This document shows positions 61,796 to 62,279 of a DNA stretch of 62,279 nt, piece after piece. The stretch is from a virus: positions 1 through 62,279 of IMG/VR virus record IMGVR_UViG_3300048774_000008. One strand, written 5' to 3'. The position numbers were made by a program, and so were the translations under genes. Below the pieces are notes generated by a model. The model did not search any database. It had not been told where the DNA came from and worked only from the letters and a program-made list of their open reading frames with translations. The stretch's first letter is position 1. Every line of letters begins with the position of its first letter.

Positions 61796-62279
61796 TCAAT
61801 CCTCAATCAGTTCTGGCATATCAAACCAGTGCGCAATCAGGTTGCAGATTCCAAGGTACGATTTTCCGATCTTGGAATCTGCGCCGTGCTTCTCATTGAC
61901 GGCAGCGCGGAATTTAATGAGGTCGCCCTGAAAGCATCCTCGCTTCAGTTCTAGTCCGTCTTTTGTCCGATAAACAGTCAGCGTGCCGTTTTTGCTGCCG
62001 ACTCCTGAATAGATCTGAATGTCGGCACGTTTTTGCACCTGCGCATTGCCGGACACCCACACATCGCCGGACACCCACACATCGCCGGACACCTGCGCAT
62101 TGCCGAACACCTGCGCATTGCCGAACACCTGCGCATTGCCGGACACCTGCGCATTGTCGGACACCTGCGCATTGCCGAACACCCACACATCGCCGGACAC
62201 CTGCGCATTGCCGAACACCTGCGCATTGCCGAACACCTGCGCATTGCCGGACACCTGCGCATTGTCGGACACCTGCGCA
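61796..62279 (-). CDS. Hexapeptide-repeat protein, C-terminal part (ORF enters from the window end)
   Basis: The frame is open to the last base of the window. Repeats VSGNAQ/VFGNAQ/VSGDVW, then a globular tail ..RADIQIYSGVGSKNGTLTVYRTKDGLELKRGCFQGDLIKFRAAVNEKHG.. The GTG start in the ORF track is probably internal. Confidence 0.7.
   Translation of the reverse strand, partial: AQVSDNAQVSGNAQVFGNAQVFGNAQVSGDVWVFGNAQVSDNAQVSGNAQVFGNAQVFGNAQVSGDVWVSGDVWVSGNAQVQKRADIQIYSGVGSKNGTLTVYRTKDGLELKRGCFQGDLIKFRAAVNEKHGADSKIGKSYLGICNLIAHWFDMPELIED

Noticed and set aside
1-62279. I looked for tRNA/tmRNA genes, a reverse transcriptase (DGR or retron, because of the many variable repeats) and cas genes.
   Set aside because: I found no T-arm/anticodon-arm cloverleaf (the GGTTC-containing sites are the CRISPR repeats or lack matching stems), no YxDD reverse-transcriptase motif in any ORF, and no Cas-like protein. 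This was by-eye scanning only, so tRNAscan-SE/Infernal should confirm it.

Overview
The window looks like a complete, or nearly complete, tailed-phage or prophage genome of about 62 kb from a Gram-negative host. Both window edges fall inside the same 18-nt tandem repeat of a single minus-strand gene, so the molecule is probably circular or circularly permuted.

Layout:
- Divergent promoters lie at about 9.93-10.02 kb.
- A leftward (minus-strand) early operon runs 9907->457. It carries a Cro-like gene, an HTH protein, NinB, a C5 DNA methyltransferase, NinG, a T5orf172-like protein, an SF2 helicase, a Toprim primase and an RHH protein. It continues across the window junction into a hexapeptide-repeat gene and a lambda-Q-like gene (60647-61228).
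- A rightward (plus-strand) early/accessory operon runs 10062->24116. It carries a 62x tetrapeptide-repeat gene, a DUF2303-like gene, ERF, SSB, a Gp157-like gene, two DUF1566-like paralogs and a tyrosine recombinase bracketed by 71-bp direct repeats.
- A long minus-strand late operon runs 56618->24240: TerS, TerL, portal, MuF-like protein, a NUDIX-scaffold fusion, capsid, sheath, tube, a G/GT chaperone with a -1 frameshift, tape measure with an SLT domain, baseplate, fibres, then HNH, holin, endolysin, a lipoprotein and a lipase-like protein.

The most unusual part is the 56.7-61.4 kb hinge between the Q-like gene and the terminase genes. It holds:
- a strong late-type promoter driving a terminated, ORF-free RNA of about 325 nt;
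- two tandem cas-less mini-CRISPR arrays with type I-E-like 29-nt repeats;
- a convergent operon of seven small genes that resembles an anti-defence (acr/aca-like) locus;
- 115-bp terminator-bearing direct repeats;
- an IS1595 transposase remnant.

I recognised no tRNA, rRNA, cas genes, reverse transcriptase or CI-type repressor. All product calls rest on motif recognition and synteny read by eye. No database search was possible.
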